Shown here: positions 37,051-49,832 of the stretch, in pieces
How positions within the stretch are numbered: the first letter of the stretch is position 1
Layout of the letters: each line of letters opens with the position of its first letter
Assembly: GCF_000143415.4 (NCBI RefSeq)
Contig: NW_003314318.1
Location: 558,001-622,000 of the forward strand
DNA length: 64,000 nucleotides
From: Selaginella moellendorffii
Taxonomy: Eukaryota > Plantae > Lycopodiophyta
Reading direction: 5' to 3'
The notes under the pieces: model-generated
What the model was told of the DNA's origin: nothing
Database searches by the model: none
Seen by the model: only the letters and a program-made list of their open reading frames with translations
Made by a program: the position numbers and the translations under genes

Positions 37051-40000
37051 CCATCCTCTAAGGAGGGTAATCTCTCCAACTTAGAGACTAATTGGACCAT
37101 ATGTAGTGGTTCTCTCCTTTTATTTGGTTTAGTTCTCGCTAAACCTTTTAGAGACCCTTCTCTAAGTCAATCCTACTACTCCTTCTTGAGTAGTCTCAAT
37201 TTCCATCTATGGAACGTTTGCACCTTGGAACTTTTACTCTTTGACCTCTGGAAGTCAATTTCCTAGGTGTCTCCAACACCTTGCATTGCACATTTTGTGC
37301 AACTCCACTTCCCCATCTTAGGAAGTTCTTTACTTGAGGGCACCATCATCCTCTCTTCTATTTCGTGCCACCTTGGGCACTAAGTTCCATTTATCATACT
37401 TTGTGCTAGGGCTGTCCATGGCTCTATCATTTGGCTACCTTACCGCTCCCTCCCTTGGAGCTTCCACTTTCGCCAAATCGGAGCAATTCGGAATCCATCC
37501 TTGGAAACACACTTCCTTTCCCACAAGTCGTTAGCATCAAACACATTAGTGTTCCTTGGCTAACTTTGCCATTTGGATCCCTTCCATTAAATTCCATGGC
37601 CCAATCTTGGCCACTAGTCCATTGCTCCTATCCTTGATTGTTGCACCCAGCAACATAGGATTGCTACCTTCATTTTTGAGGTATCCTTTCGGTTCCATAG
37701 CAAAGACTCTTCTTTGCCAAGTCCGGAGGATGTTCACCCCTAGTACGTTTCTTTAGCATCTTCTGCTATGGGCTCTATCCACGGCCCAACTTCGTGACCC
37801 TCCCATGGGTTTCTTATAGAGACTACCTTCCTCGGACTCACTATACCATCGCACGGACATAGTTTATTTCCCTTAGGTGCTCTTCCCACTTGGTCATCAT
37901 GACCAAGCCACACCACCTTAAACAATTCAATTTCAACATTTTGAACCAGGAACTTCATTCCTTAGCCAACCAAGGACCTCGTCCTTATTTGGCCATAAGA
38001 TCACCTAGTGATCTCACCTTGGCACCTTAACAGAGTTGCCAAGAGGTACTTGGTCTTCTAGACCTTCAAGTGGTTGACTATAACCCCGGGGGCATCCCCC
38101 ACACTTGGCGGTGCACCCAAGCTAGCCCTTACGGCCAAGGGTTCATAGCAACTGAGATTAGGTGTCCCTATCTCACTCACCACGTCCTTGGTGCCACTTG
38201 CACCAAAGTGTTCAAATTAGATATGCCAAGCTTTCACACTAAGCAATCTAACCGTGCATCACGACTCCGAAGCATCCCTCGCTTGGCAGTGTGCCCAAAC
38301 CAGTCTCCCCACTGAGAGTCCATGACCACCGAAATATGAGTGTCCTCATATTCCAAACCATAGTGATTTGGGACTCGAACCCAAGCACTAGAGGGTCGGG
38401 ACTCGAACCCAACCTCCGTATATGCATCTACGGATGGCATCACACCGGATGCCTGGCGTGACTCCCCACGCCGGTGCACCAACCTATATTTAAAGCGCGC
38501 TACAGATCACAGCTTAGGAACCTAATTCCTCCGCACTGCCAAGTCCTCTCACTTGACATGTCTGTGATCATGCATGGACTCCTCCATGCTCGCCCCCATG
38601 GCCCACCCTTTTTGAAGTTATCACCTTCAATTAGGGTATTTGTTCCCCCGACGTGCCAATCTCGCTTGGCAAGTCCTCCGACCACTGTAACATGGTTCAT
38701 GCATAAGCGTGAAAGTCCTTGACCATCGTCTTTTGTTCAAAGCCCTCTCTTTGAACACTCGGGAACTATTTCCCTAACCTTGATAGCCTTGCCTCATGGC
38801 AAGCTTCAAGACCACACTTCTGCTGTGCCACTTTGATTTCGCGCGTTCCATGAACCATTTACACTTGGCCTTTCTAGGTACTAAGCTACCTAGAATTGTC
38901 TTTGGGAACCTTGAAGGAACTCTGTCCCTCAGCTTGCTAAGGCCTCCCTTTTCGCAAGCTTTATAGTTGCCATATAGTCTAACATGGACAATTCCATATT
39001 TTAGACTCTCCATGGCATCATGGTTGCTAGCAACAACATCCTCGAGCACCCTCTTCATTCTCCACTCCCAACTTGCATAACCACTGTGGGATATGCCCTT
39101 TGATTTCTATAGTTCAGTTCCATCCCAATACTACTTGCCTTTTGGCCTCATATGTTTCCTTTAGTTATTCTCCTCCAGACTAGGAGGATAGCTTTGCACA
39201 TTTTACTATGCCTTAGCAAGTATTCTTAGGGATGAACCTACCCGATAGCATAGGGAGTGGTTCCTCAATCTTGGGCATGCTCACTTTATAATCCCACATA
39301 TCGGGATTAACGTTGTTGCTTATGGGCCTTTACATGCCCATCAGTAGCCTTGCCAAAATTCCATTTTTGGTTTTGTTCAATTCGGGTAGACAGTCTTCTC
39401 CTGTCTCCACAACCTTGGACATTTGGATAGCACCTACTATCCATCATTCGCTAGGGACTTAGTCCCTTGGGCCTTATCTATTGCCCTTGCGACATGAAAC
39501 ACCACCTCCTGGTGTTCTAGAGTGTTTGGGTGTCCCAATGATGGCTTCCTGACAATGAGCATTCCCGTTTACGACATTGACTTACTATATTGCAACATAA
39601 GCAATTTATCCCCCGTAAGGGTATATCTAACTTCCTTATGCCATTAAGAAGTCTTGGGTAGCTACCTTCTACCCATTTAACCAATTATCTTGCGCCTCTT
39701 GCTTAGTTGCCCCATAATTGTCAAGTCCTACAACTCATTGCTTGGTGCTTCCACACCTCCATCATTATCCGGGTCACCACACTCTAACCGCATGCCTTCC
39801 AGCTTAGGCTATGTCATTCCCATTTCCATTGGGATTCCTTTGGACGGGGTTCTCATGAACCCGCCAACTTGACCTCAAGGCAGCACGCCTTGGCACCTTC
39901 GGTGTCTCCACACCATCGGCTCCACGAACCTATCCTTATAACACTACTTATTAGTGTTTAGGTCTTTGCCAAGACCAATATAATTGTTCCTCATGCTAAC

Positions 40001-40957
40001 TATCCGTTAGCACCACACCATAGTGTTTGCACCCAACCCTGGGCCAAAGTTGCTTTCTTCTGGGAACATCTTTCCCACGACTTTAATATGGCACATTCTA
40101 TCATCAATGAGATACTCACTGTTCTCATACTTGGATCTTATGATCCTCCCCATACCTCATGGGGCACCATACACCTCCGTCCAAATGCTTCAACCAATCC
40201 CTTAGGACCATTCCCTGACTCCACTTGAGTCATCCAGCATTTTAGACTTTACTAATCCAATGACCTGCGAGGTCTTAGTCTTCGAGGTGTCAACTCGCTG
40301 GAATACAACTTCTTGTATTCGGGTCCTACTCACAAGGACCATCTTGGCAAATGTTACTCTGACACTTGATTTGTTCTCTTGGGGCAACCTTTTGCCCCTT
40401 AAGACCATTTGTCCATGTGATGAGAATACCAACTCATCCTCTAAATACACCCCCAACTCCTTGGGTTGTTCCAGCATTTATTAGAGGTAGCCCCAGCTAC
40501 CACTTCAAGGACTCATGTCCTCACCCCTGCTTGACCTCTCATGGTCATCCATTCTGGTCTCACCTTCATGAGCACCAGCCTCAACTATGTGAGGATAATC
40601 TTGTGACTCCTTTATTGTTTTGGAGTCTCTATCTTTCCCGTGATCCCAACTATAGTTGTTTACCACAACTACCTTAGCCAATTTGCTGAGACAAATGCTC
40701 ATCCGGATCACATCCTCAACTCAATGAGGAAAACCTTACACTGTTCCCAAGATCCCAAAGTCGTTCCATTATTGGCCCTTTTCTATCCACCACCTCGCCT
40801 ACAAGTTCACACATGAACTGTACTGGAGAGCCATGCCTTCCCGACTTGCTACTCCTCAAGGATAGGCCCACTCCTCGGACCTTCCGATGCCAACACTAGT
40901 GGTGATATACTTGAGCACCAATAAAAGTCAGACTAAGGAACAGCTCCGATACCAAAT

Positions 40958-42534
40958 TGTAAGCGACTAAATTTTCCATTCTACTTTAGTCAATTAACCA
41001 CACCTCCGACCACTTGGAGGAGTCTCATTCACGACCTCCATAAGTCCAATCCAGGACTTGGGACTTGCTAGCCCCGAGAATGGCATCCATGCCACTCAAC
41101 ATTTGCACTTGGTCCAAGTGCTCCACGTGTCCGATCCCATGACCGACACTCAAAGGTACCACTGACATGGCAGCCCATTACGCTAAGGCCATGCCCAATC
41201 ACCTTTGACACACTGGTAGTCCAATACCACTTGCATCACAGTCTTGGCTCTCCAAGACTAGGCAAACCATCCGTGAGTGGTCATCTCAGATCCACTCCTT
41301 AGCATCCTTAGGATGCCCACCGACAAGGGGAATAGCCTTCCCCAATGTCCCTCTATCAGTCCCCACTAAGTCCCTTTCTGCCCCTGGCCGTGTTTGCCAA
41401 CACTGCCACTGGATCGAGACCCACAGGCCCGACCACTAAGTCCCACGGTCCTCTGGGACTTCCTCACCACACGACTGTGTCCTTGGTCACTACCCCAGAG
41501 GACTGCTCCTCTTCCTTTCCACAGTCTGGGCCTTTGGGACAACATTTCGGAACACCGTGGCCTTACGCAAGCCACCTGGGTACTCTCCTCGCCTTCTGCC
41601 CTTGGGTGCTCTAGCCATGGGCTTAGAGCGGGGTTCCGTTGAGCCACACCAGGTATCCAAGTAGGTAGTGCCACCCACATTTGGACTGGGAGCATCGGCC
41701 AGTCGATCTCCCGGGGGAACTAGAGCCGGCTCTTGAACACTTCACCAAGCTACCCCGCTTGTCAGTCCGTGTTCACTCCAGTCTTGGACTTCACAGTGGG
41801 CATCTCATCACCCAACACTGGGTCCGGCCTTCCTGGGCCAAACTGGCCTTTCCTGGCCAAACTGGCTCCACTGCAGTCCTCCCCCTACTATACTTTTGGA
41901 GCTCACCAAACCCCCCAGGGTCTGGGAGACAAACGCTTTGGGCTTTCACCCTCTCAGACTCGAACTTGGACTCGGACTCGGACTCGGACTCGGACTCGAA
42001 CTCGGACTCGGACTCGAACTCGGCCTCGGCCTCGGTCTCGGTCTCGGTCCCGATCTCGGTCTCGGTCTCGGCCCCGATCTCGGTCTCGGTCTCGACTTCG
42101 GACTCCAACTCGGGTCCATCTCGGGTCCATCTCGGACTCCATCTCGGACTCCATTTTGGGTCCATCTTGGGTCCATCTCGGACTCCATCTCAGATCCCAT
42201 CTCGGACTCCATCTCGGACTCCATTTTGGGTCCATCTCGGGTCCACCTCGGACTCCATCTCGGACTCCATATCGGGTCCCATCTCGGACTCCATCTTGGA
42301 CACTTCCACGTGTCATGTGTTGGTCCTTTTTGGGTCCCCTTTTGGAGCTTTGCTTATTGCTCGCTTCGTGCTCACTCCTTGAGCACTTTGTTGGGAGTTC
42401 CACTCCCGCTCTCGACCTTCCAAGTCAGAGCTTTTAGTCCAAACGTGTTACACTCGTTTGGCTTTCGCTTTGGCCACTACCACGTGGCATCCTTTCCGGC
42501 TCCACTTTGGGGCCTAGGGATTTTGTGTCTCACA
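40958..42534 (-). repeat. 5' LTR of inner element
   Basis: Adjacent to the PBS; repeat of 35068-36813. Confidence 0.93.
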
Positions 42535-45500
42535 ACTTGCTATTGGAAGATTTGGGTTGCAATGCTCAATTCTTTTCCGGGGAACTTTGCTATTGCTCCT
42601 TGAGTAGCTTAGTGTTGGATTAAGTTTTGAGTTTGGTCAAATAGCGAGTGGCATGAGCTTGTCCATGTTGTGAACAAAAGTTAGTGGTGTTGGGTGTTGT
42701 AAATCTCTATCAGTGGAGTATGGCATTTATGTTGCATTTTGTTGAATTGAGTTAGCACTTGATATTCACATAAACCTTTGAAGTAGTGACATAGGTATTG
42801 CTTGTGATATTACTCAATTGATGATTAAGTCATTGTGATACTTATATCATATCCATGTGACAATGAGCAATATGTTTACAAAGTTGCTTGGTTAAATGAT
42901 CATCAACCCCAAAGTGGTTGATGGTGAAGCTAGTCTACTTGCACAAAGTAACATTATAGTAGCTTTGACTGGATTCTCGATAGTGGTCCATTATGCTAAA
43001 CTTAAGTTGGTACCTTGTTTCCATGAGGGTTTGTCCATAAGGTGTTGGAAAGGGTTGTAGCATTCATTTGCTATAGCTCATCGATTGATCTATTAACACT
43101 TGGAGAAGATTGTTGAATTGAGAAGGTGTGTAGTTGAGGCATTGACAGCACTAGCACTTGTGTTAGTGGAGATGACATTGTCATGTTGAGTGATGAGGAA
43201 TTTTCTTTAGAGCTTGATTTTCCATGTCATTTTTCTTGTTAGTGTTTAAGCTTCACATTGGATCTTGAAGGTGGTTGAAAAAAAGTGTTAAGTGCAATAT
43301 AGATATCCGAAGATGTGGTCTTCGTGATCAAGCCTTGGATATTCACTTTGCATTTTGCAGATGTCGGAGTTAGACATCAAAAGTATGGGCAAAAAGATGT
43401 TCGAGGCTTAAGCATACTATGGGTCATGAGAATTTGTGTTAAGGTGAACTTTTATGAAGTTGTTAGTAGGAGGAAGTTGGTTGAGTCTTGGAAGTTTGTA
43501 TTCCTAGACCGAGAATCATTCTTTCTCTAGGATTGGAAAATTTTCCAAGCTTTGTCTAAGTGGAGGTTGTGTACTGATATGAGTCCATCTCATGGTCTTC
43601 ACTTTAGCTTCGACTAAGTGTTGATCATGCATAACTAGCCTTTTCTAAGGCATGCTCAGAGCTAATGGCTAAATGTTTTGGTGAGCTTATTGCGGTTGAG
43701 TTGGAGTCAAGTGGTCATTTAGTTCGTGCTTGTCCATAAACCTTTATCTCGACCTAGGGTATCACGTTCATGTTGGACAAGTGTGTAACTCAATGGCATG
43801 AGTTAGTGTTTGGGTTTTGTGAAAGGCAAGACAAGTGATTGTTGATTGCTTTGCAACTAGTGATTGCTTGTAGACTTTGTCAAGGGCTTTTAACACTTGC
43901 TTCACTCGATGATAATTTAGCAGTGATGGGTTTGCTTTACCGGATGGGGTTGCGGAGGATCATGTCATTAGATTTACATGGTTTTCCATATTGGCATGTT
44001 GACTCTACCTCTATTGATATCATTTAGTTGTGTTTAGTTCATAGTGTTGGATTTCATTGAGTCTTGGACGTGATGAATCACTCCTTGAGGAAGTGTTATC
44101 TGTAATTGAGTTTTGCTAAAGGATTGGTCTCGGATACTAACTAAAGTATCTTTGACCTTGGTTAGCTTGGTTGCTAGAGAGCTTTGAGTGGTAATACACT
44201 CGTGCTTTCTTCTAGCCTTGTTTTAGTGTTGATGGCATTGAAGTGATGCCTTGTTGTTGACATTGTTGATGTTGAAATTTTAGTGAAATGAGATGTTTCT
44301 CCGCAAGATTGATGTCGAGTTTCATTAGTTTTGATGAAGATAGTGTTGATGATTTGGCTATAGCTTTGTGTTATTAGCATTCGTGCATTTGCTAGTTAGC
44401 AACTGTGTTGACGTTTAAATGAACTAAGTGGCAAGTTTGAGTTAGTTGTGTTCTAGACGAGATTATTTAGTAGGGGTTAAGATTTGGCTTTTCCTTGAAA
44501 AGTGATTCAGTTGTGGACTATGCTAACTCTACAAGCGGAAGAGTTAGTGATTGATATTGGAATGTTTGAATCCTTATTGGATTTGAGTTAGAATATATCG
44601 ATCATTGATGATTCTTTTTGTGCTTGTTATGAAGTGAGTTACGTCTTGCTATAAATGGATTCATGGAGGATCATTTGGTGATCACTTGTTGAGCATAGCT
44701 TCGTTATACTTAGCTTTTGGATTGATGCACACATGCTCTTCATTAGCTTTGGCATTACAAAGTTTAGTTTATAGATGTGTTGAGGAAGATATTGTGGGTT
44801 ATACTATGATTTCTTCTTTAACATTGAAGTTAGTTTATGTGAGACTCGTGATTATTGCTAGGCACATGGCTATAGGCTTCTTCGAACTTTTGGTTCTTTG
44901 AGTTTTATGCTCATTGTTCCATTTGTTAGAAGTCGTTGGGGAAGACATTTTTGGCTCTTTAGCTTCAATGTTGAAGTTAGTATTTGCATCTGGCAATCAT
45001 TGGTTATGATTGATTATCATTTGGGATAGTTGATTATCCTTGTCAAAAGGATTTTGCTTGATTATTGTTAATATAGACTGAGTTGCCATTCTTCAAGATG
45101 GTAGATTCTTTCTTCAATGATGATTATACATCTCTTTATTGGTGGGATAGTTGATGATCTTTCATGATGGTTAATTGTTCTCCTTGATGGCTTTTGGCTT
45201 TTCGCAATACCATATGTTCTTTGTGGTTTACTCTGGATTGGTCTGTTGAGTTTGAGACATCAAAAGGATGTTGCTGACACTTGCTTAAGCAACTCTGGTT
45301 CCTTCGTATTGTTAACCAGGATCTATTCCGATTGCCTAGTGTGATAGTTGACATGAATGAGTGTTTGTTGGTCTTGCCACCTTCATTTTGTTCTGTTGAT
45401 TATTATTCGAGTTAGTTCTGATAGGTTGGGATGTTATTACTTTTGGGTGATACATTCGCGAGCATTTTGCTTGCCAGTCAATACCTTGAGTTCTTTGAGT

Positions 45501-46384
45501 TATTTTTCATAAATTGTTTAGCATACTATCTGCCATCTTTAGTAGTTAAGTTTTGTCATTGAGTTTTCTCGATGATACGCTTGCTATTGAATTTTGTTAG
45601 ATGGTGATTCTTATGTTTACCAATTATGATGATCTTGGTGGTTTCTATCCTATAATACTAGTTTATCGGATGATAACTTACTTGGAATACTTTTGTATTC
45701 TAATCTAAGCTTTATTCATTGATGATTAAATCTCTAAGATATCATTATTTATGACTTTGATATTGTCCATCTCTTGTTCTTTGAGTTTGGGCTAGTATAG
45801 GCAGACTGGCTTCGGCACTTCGTGTGCATGGTGAAATCTTTAGTCATGGGGTAGTTACTGTCAACTGGTCACATAACTCACCTCTCTGTCGATGTTCCTT
45901 ATTCTGTTAAAAGGGCGTGACCGTGTAAACAACTCTAATTGCTTGTTTACAGTAGTCTATCTAAACTTTACAGATGGCAGAAGGGTTGGGGCCTCTAGCT
46001 TCTCTCTCTATGTCCCTGCAGGCATGGGCGTATCACACTTTTGTAAGCTGGGTGACTCCCAGAGTAGCAAAGGTGGCTAACTCCCTTAGTCATTTCCTTG
46101 TTGGCGACGGTCGGAAGGTGTCTGAGCTGGTAGCGCATCTGCGTTAGACAAAGAGGTTGCCTCCTAACTCATTTAAGTTGGTGCATTTCTCACATAGTGT
46201 GAATACCGTGAATGCCTCGGCTAACCGAGGCCGTGTCGCGGAAGCCGAGCTTGATCGAGGCCACCGAGCCCGACTCGACGCAAGGAACCGGACTATCTTG
46301 GCAAGCTGGAGTTGTTTCCTTAGTGGTATTCTAGACTCGAGTGTGCATCGACGAGGACGTCGATCTTCCCTAGGGGGGGGAGAG

Positions 46385-47520
46385 TGTTGCGACTATGACT
46401 TCGGGTATCGAAAGTTACCTGTTAACCAGTCCTTACGGACACTCTTACCTTACTGCCACGATGGCAGGAGGTCGGTATTGCAGCCCCTCTTGTTCAAGTG
46501 TTAGTAAACTAGACTTTGCATTTGTACTTGGTTGGATGAGCATAAGGACGGAATTCCTAAGTGTCTATTCAGTCAAGCATACTTGGCCTAGCTTTTTAGT
46601 TCTCTTTTGCTCTATCTTGCACTGGCTTGACAAGAACCCTCACATGTTGAGATTGGTCCCTCAATATCACTACATGATAATTTACCGTGTCTGCCAAACA
46701 CCCTCGTTATCATGCCCTTTGTGTTTGTCTCATTTCGGTCCCAAATACTATTTATGGAAAGTGTCCAGATTTGCTCATTTGGCATATCTACGAAATGTAG
46801 AGATCGTCCTGAACACAATGGTGTTCGTCCCATATCCAAATTCATAATCTAGGGATATTCCATATTTAATAAGTTTCGAGCTTGTCCCAGAGACTAACTC
46901 CTGATACTAAGGGAGGCTTGCCCAAAGCGTGTGTTCCTCAAAAGGAGGGGGGGTTGTGGGGGGTTCCAAATGTATAATAGGGATAGTGGGTAGGTCAGGC
47001 ATGGCCAACCAATCTGAGGCATAGTCTAGCTTCCACTTGCGTGCCCGTCCTTGTTCTATGTCCGGCTTGGGTCTAAGCCCAAGTTCCACACCATGCTAGT
47101 TGGTGGAGTACCCATGTCCTTGCATTAGGCCACCAGTATGCCGAAATAGCGCCAGACTCTATTTGGCTCCGTTTGGCTCCGTTTTGCGTGCTGGTCTTGG
47201 CATTGGGATGTTGGTTGTTCTAGGACTGTCCCAAGTCGCTCCGGGCTCCTGTCCCTTCACTCCTTAGGCTTTATGCTCGGGAGTTGTTATGTGGTTCAGT
47301 TCCGTCACTCCTTGGCTTCGTGCTTGGGAGTTTGGCACCGTTCCTTCATTCAGTGGCCCAAGGCCTTGAACCTCGGGTTCCTATGGACACGTGGCATAGA
47401 CATTTGGCATATGACACGTGGCATTTGTCACGTGGCACATAGAGGGTTTAGGTTCCGCTTTGTGGTGTTATCCTATGGTAAATCACCATAGGATAAAAGG
47501 TCAAAACCACATGCGCTACA
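46385..47520 (+). repeat. 3' LTR of outer element
   Basis: Preceded by the PPT and followed by the TSD. Confidence 0.93.
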
Positions 47521-48038
47521 GCATTGCACCAATATTGGAGAGATTGCCATGTCCAAAACTTTAATTGTTCAATCAATTCCATCATCAGAGTGAAGAGGTC
47601 ATAGCCAAGGGTGGTTGTCCATACCTCAAGAGTGTGTCACCAACCTTATCTAAAAGCTTGATTCAACAATAGCTGCATTTACAAGTTTTTGTTTGTAGAG
47701 AAAGTATGCACTTTGCACATACATGATGTAATGTCACCTAGTGAGAATCTTCATTGGGAGTTAAGTCTGTCTTTAGAACTATGATTGGGTATAGAGCCTT
47801 GTATACCCTAAATTTTCCTGAGATGAAACATTTATTGATTGTCTTAAGCTTGTTTCACATAGTCTTGCTTAATCCTAAACCCCAACTTTTTGCTCCATCC
47901 GAGGCCACTATTGTTACCTTGTCATGTATTAGGTGTGTTTGCTTTATGGTAATTTGATTAGAGGAGTGCACTAGCCCTTGCCACTAACATGATATACTCT
48001 TCTACTCAAATTTTCCATGGTAGGCATTAATCAATGGT

Positions 48039-49832
48039 GTATCTTAGGTATTATATTTTTTTATAGCAAACGTGGCTTTCACCCTTTATCTTATAGTGAA
48101 TTACTATAGGATAACCATAAAGTGGAACCTAAATCCTCCATATGCCACATGTAACATGCGATGTACCACATGCCACGTGTTGAAGGATAGTAGAGCAAAA
48201 CCCAACTTTCAAGGCCTTGGGCCACTAAATTAAAAAACGAAGCCAAACTTCTAATCATGGAGCTAAGGAGTGATGGCACTAGAGTATAGAGCAATAGCAC
48301 TGGAGCACAGAGCAATGGCACTGGAGGATAGAGCAACTCTTGAGCATATAACCCAAGCAATGAAGAGACAAGAGCATAGAGTTACTTAGAACAATCCTAA
48401 AACATTTAACATCCTAATGCTAGAACCAACACCAAAACAGAGCTAAATGGAGTTTAACACTATTTTAACATACTAGTAAACTAAACTAATGTGAGGATAT
48501 GAGTATTCCACCAACTAACATGGAATGGAACTTGGGCTTAGACCCAAGCTAAATGCAGAATAAAAACAAGCATGCAAATACAAGCTACATTGTGCCTTAA
48601 GTTAGTTGGCCATGTTCAACCTACCACTATCCTTATTATATATTTGGACCCTTTATATCCCCCCGTATCTTAGGTATTATATTTCTTTATAACAAACATG
48701 GCTTTCACCCTTTATCCTATAGTGAATTACTACAGGATAACCACGAAGCAGAACCTAATCCCTCCATATGCCATATGTAACATGCCATGTGTTAATGGAC
48801 AGTAAAGCAAAACCCAAGTTTCATGGCCTTGGGCCACTAAATGAAGAAACAAAGCCAAACTTCTAATCATGGAGCTAAGGAGTGACGGCGCTAGAGCATA
48901 GAGCGACAACACTGGAGGATAAAATGACTCTTGAGCATATAACCCAAGGAATGAAGAAACAAAAGCATGGAGTGACTTAGAACAATCTTAAAACATCTAA
49001 CATCCCAATGCTAAAACCAACATATAAAACAAAGCTAAATGAAGTTTAACACTATTTTAACATACTAGTAAACTAATATGAGGCTATGAGTATTCCACCA
49101 GCTAACATGGAATAGAATTTGGGCTTAGACCCAAGCCAGATGCAAAATAAAAACAAGCATGCAAATACAAGCTACACTGTGCCTTAGGTTGGTTGGCCAT
49201 ACTTAACCTACCACTATCCTTATTATATATTTGAAACCATTTATATCCCCCCGTATACCAGGTATAATATTTCTTAATAGCAAATGTGGCTTTCACCCTT
49301 TATCTTATAGTGAATTACCATAGGATAATCACAAAGCAGAACCTAATTCTTCCATATGCCATGTGCAAAACCCAAGTTTCATGGCCTTAGGCCACTGAAT
49401 GAAGAAACAAAGCCAAACTTCTAGTCATGGAACTAAGGAGTGATGGTATTAGAGCATAGAGAAACAACACTAGAGCACAAAGCAACGGCACTAGAGCACA
49501 GAGCAATGGCACTGGAGGATAAAGTAACTCTTAAGCATATAACCCAAGGAATGAAGAGACAAGAGCACGGAGTGACTTGGAACAATCTTAGAACATTTAA
49601 CATCCTAGTGCTAGGACTAACATACAAAATGGAGCTAAATGGAATTTAACACTATTTTAGCATACTAATGTGAGGATATAATTAATATGGAATGGAATTT
49701 AGGCTTAAACCCAAGCCAAATGCAGAATAAAAATAGACATGCAAGTATAAACTACATTATGCCTTAGGTTAATTGACCATGCTCAACCTACCACTACCCT
49801 TATTATAAATTTAGAACCCTTTATATCCCCCC
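48039..49832 (-). repeat. Three tandem ~600-bp units homologous to the distal half of the outer LTR, in inverted orientation
   Basis: Units start near 48039, 48665 and 49253; they share the reverse complement of LTR blocks such as gtggcccaaggcc, ggttccgctt, cttgggtctaagcccaagttcca and ggatagtgg.tagg. Confidence 0.85.

Larger units (their letters stand above)
35068..42534 (-). mobile_element. Nested inner LTR retroelement (opposite orientation), ~4.1 kb internal region without intact gag-pol
   Basis: Near-identical TG...CA LTRs at 35068-36813 and 40958-42534; TSD ACTTG (35063-35067, 42535-42539); PBS TGGTATCGGAGC on minus strand at 40943-40954; PPT-like GGGTGGTGGAG at ~36815-36825. Confidence 0.93.
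33243..47520 (+). mobile_element. Outer LTR retrotransposon (probably Gypsy-type, non-autonomous or decayed), interrupted by a nested element
   Basis: TG...CA LTRs at 33243-34400 and 46385-47520; 5-bp TSD GCATT (33238-33242, 47521-47525); iMet PBS TGGTATCAGAG at 34403; PPT AGGGGGGGGAGAG at 46372-46384. Confidence 0.93.

Noticed and set aside
38361-38480. tRNA gene
   Set aside because: T-arm-like hairpins are present, but there is no acceptor stem, D-loop/A-box consensus or 7-nt anticodon loop in cloverleaf order; reported as a structured element instead.
42540-43260. PIF1/RecD-like helicase relic in the outer element
   Set aside because: The motif-like words fall in different frames and stop density is near random; not supportable without a family consensus.
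33243-49832. Retrozyme/hammerhead ribozyme in the non-autonomous LTR elements
   Set aside because: I found no CTGANGA...GAAA core with flanking stems by eye; a covariance-model search would be needed to exclude it fully.
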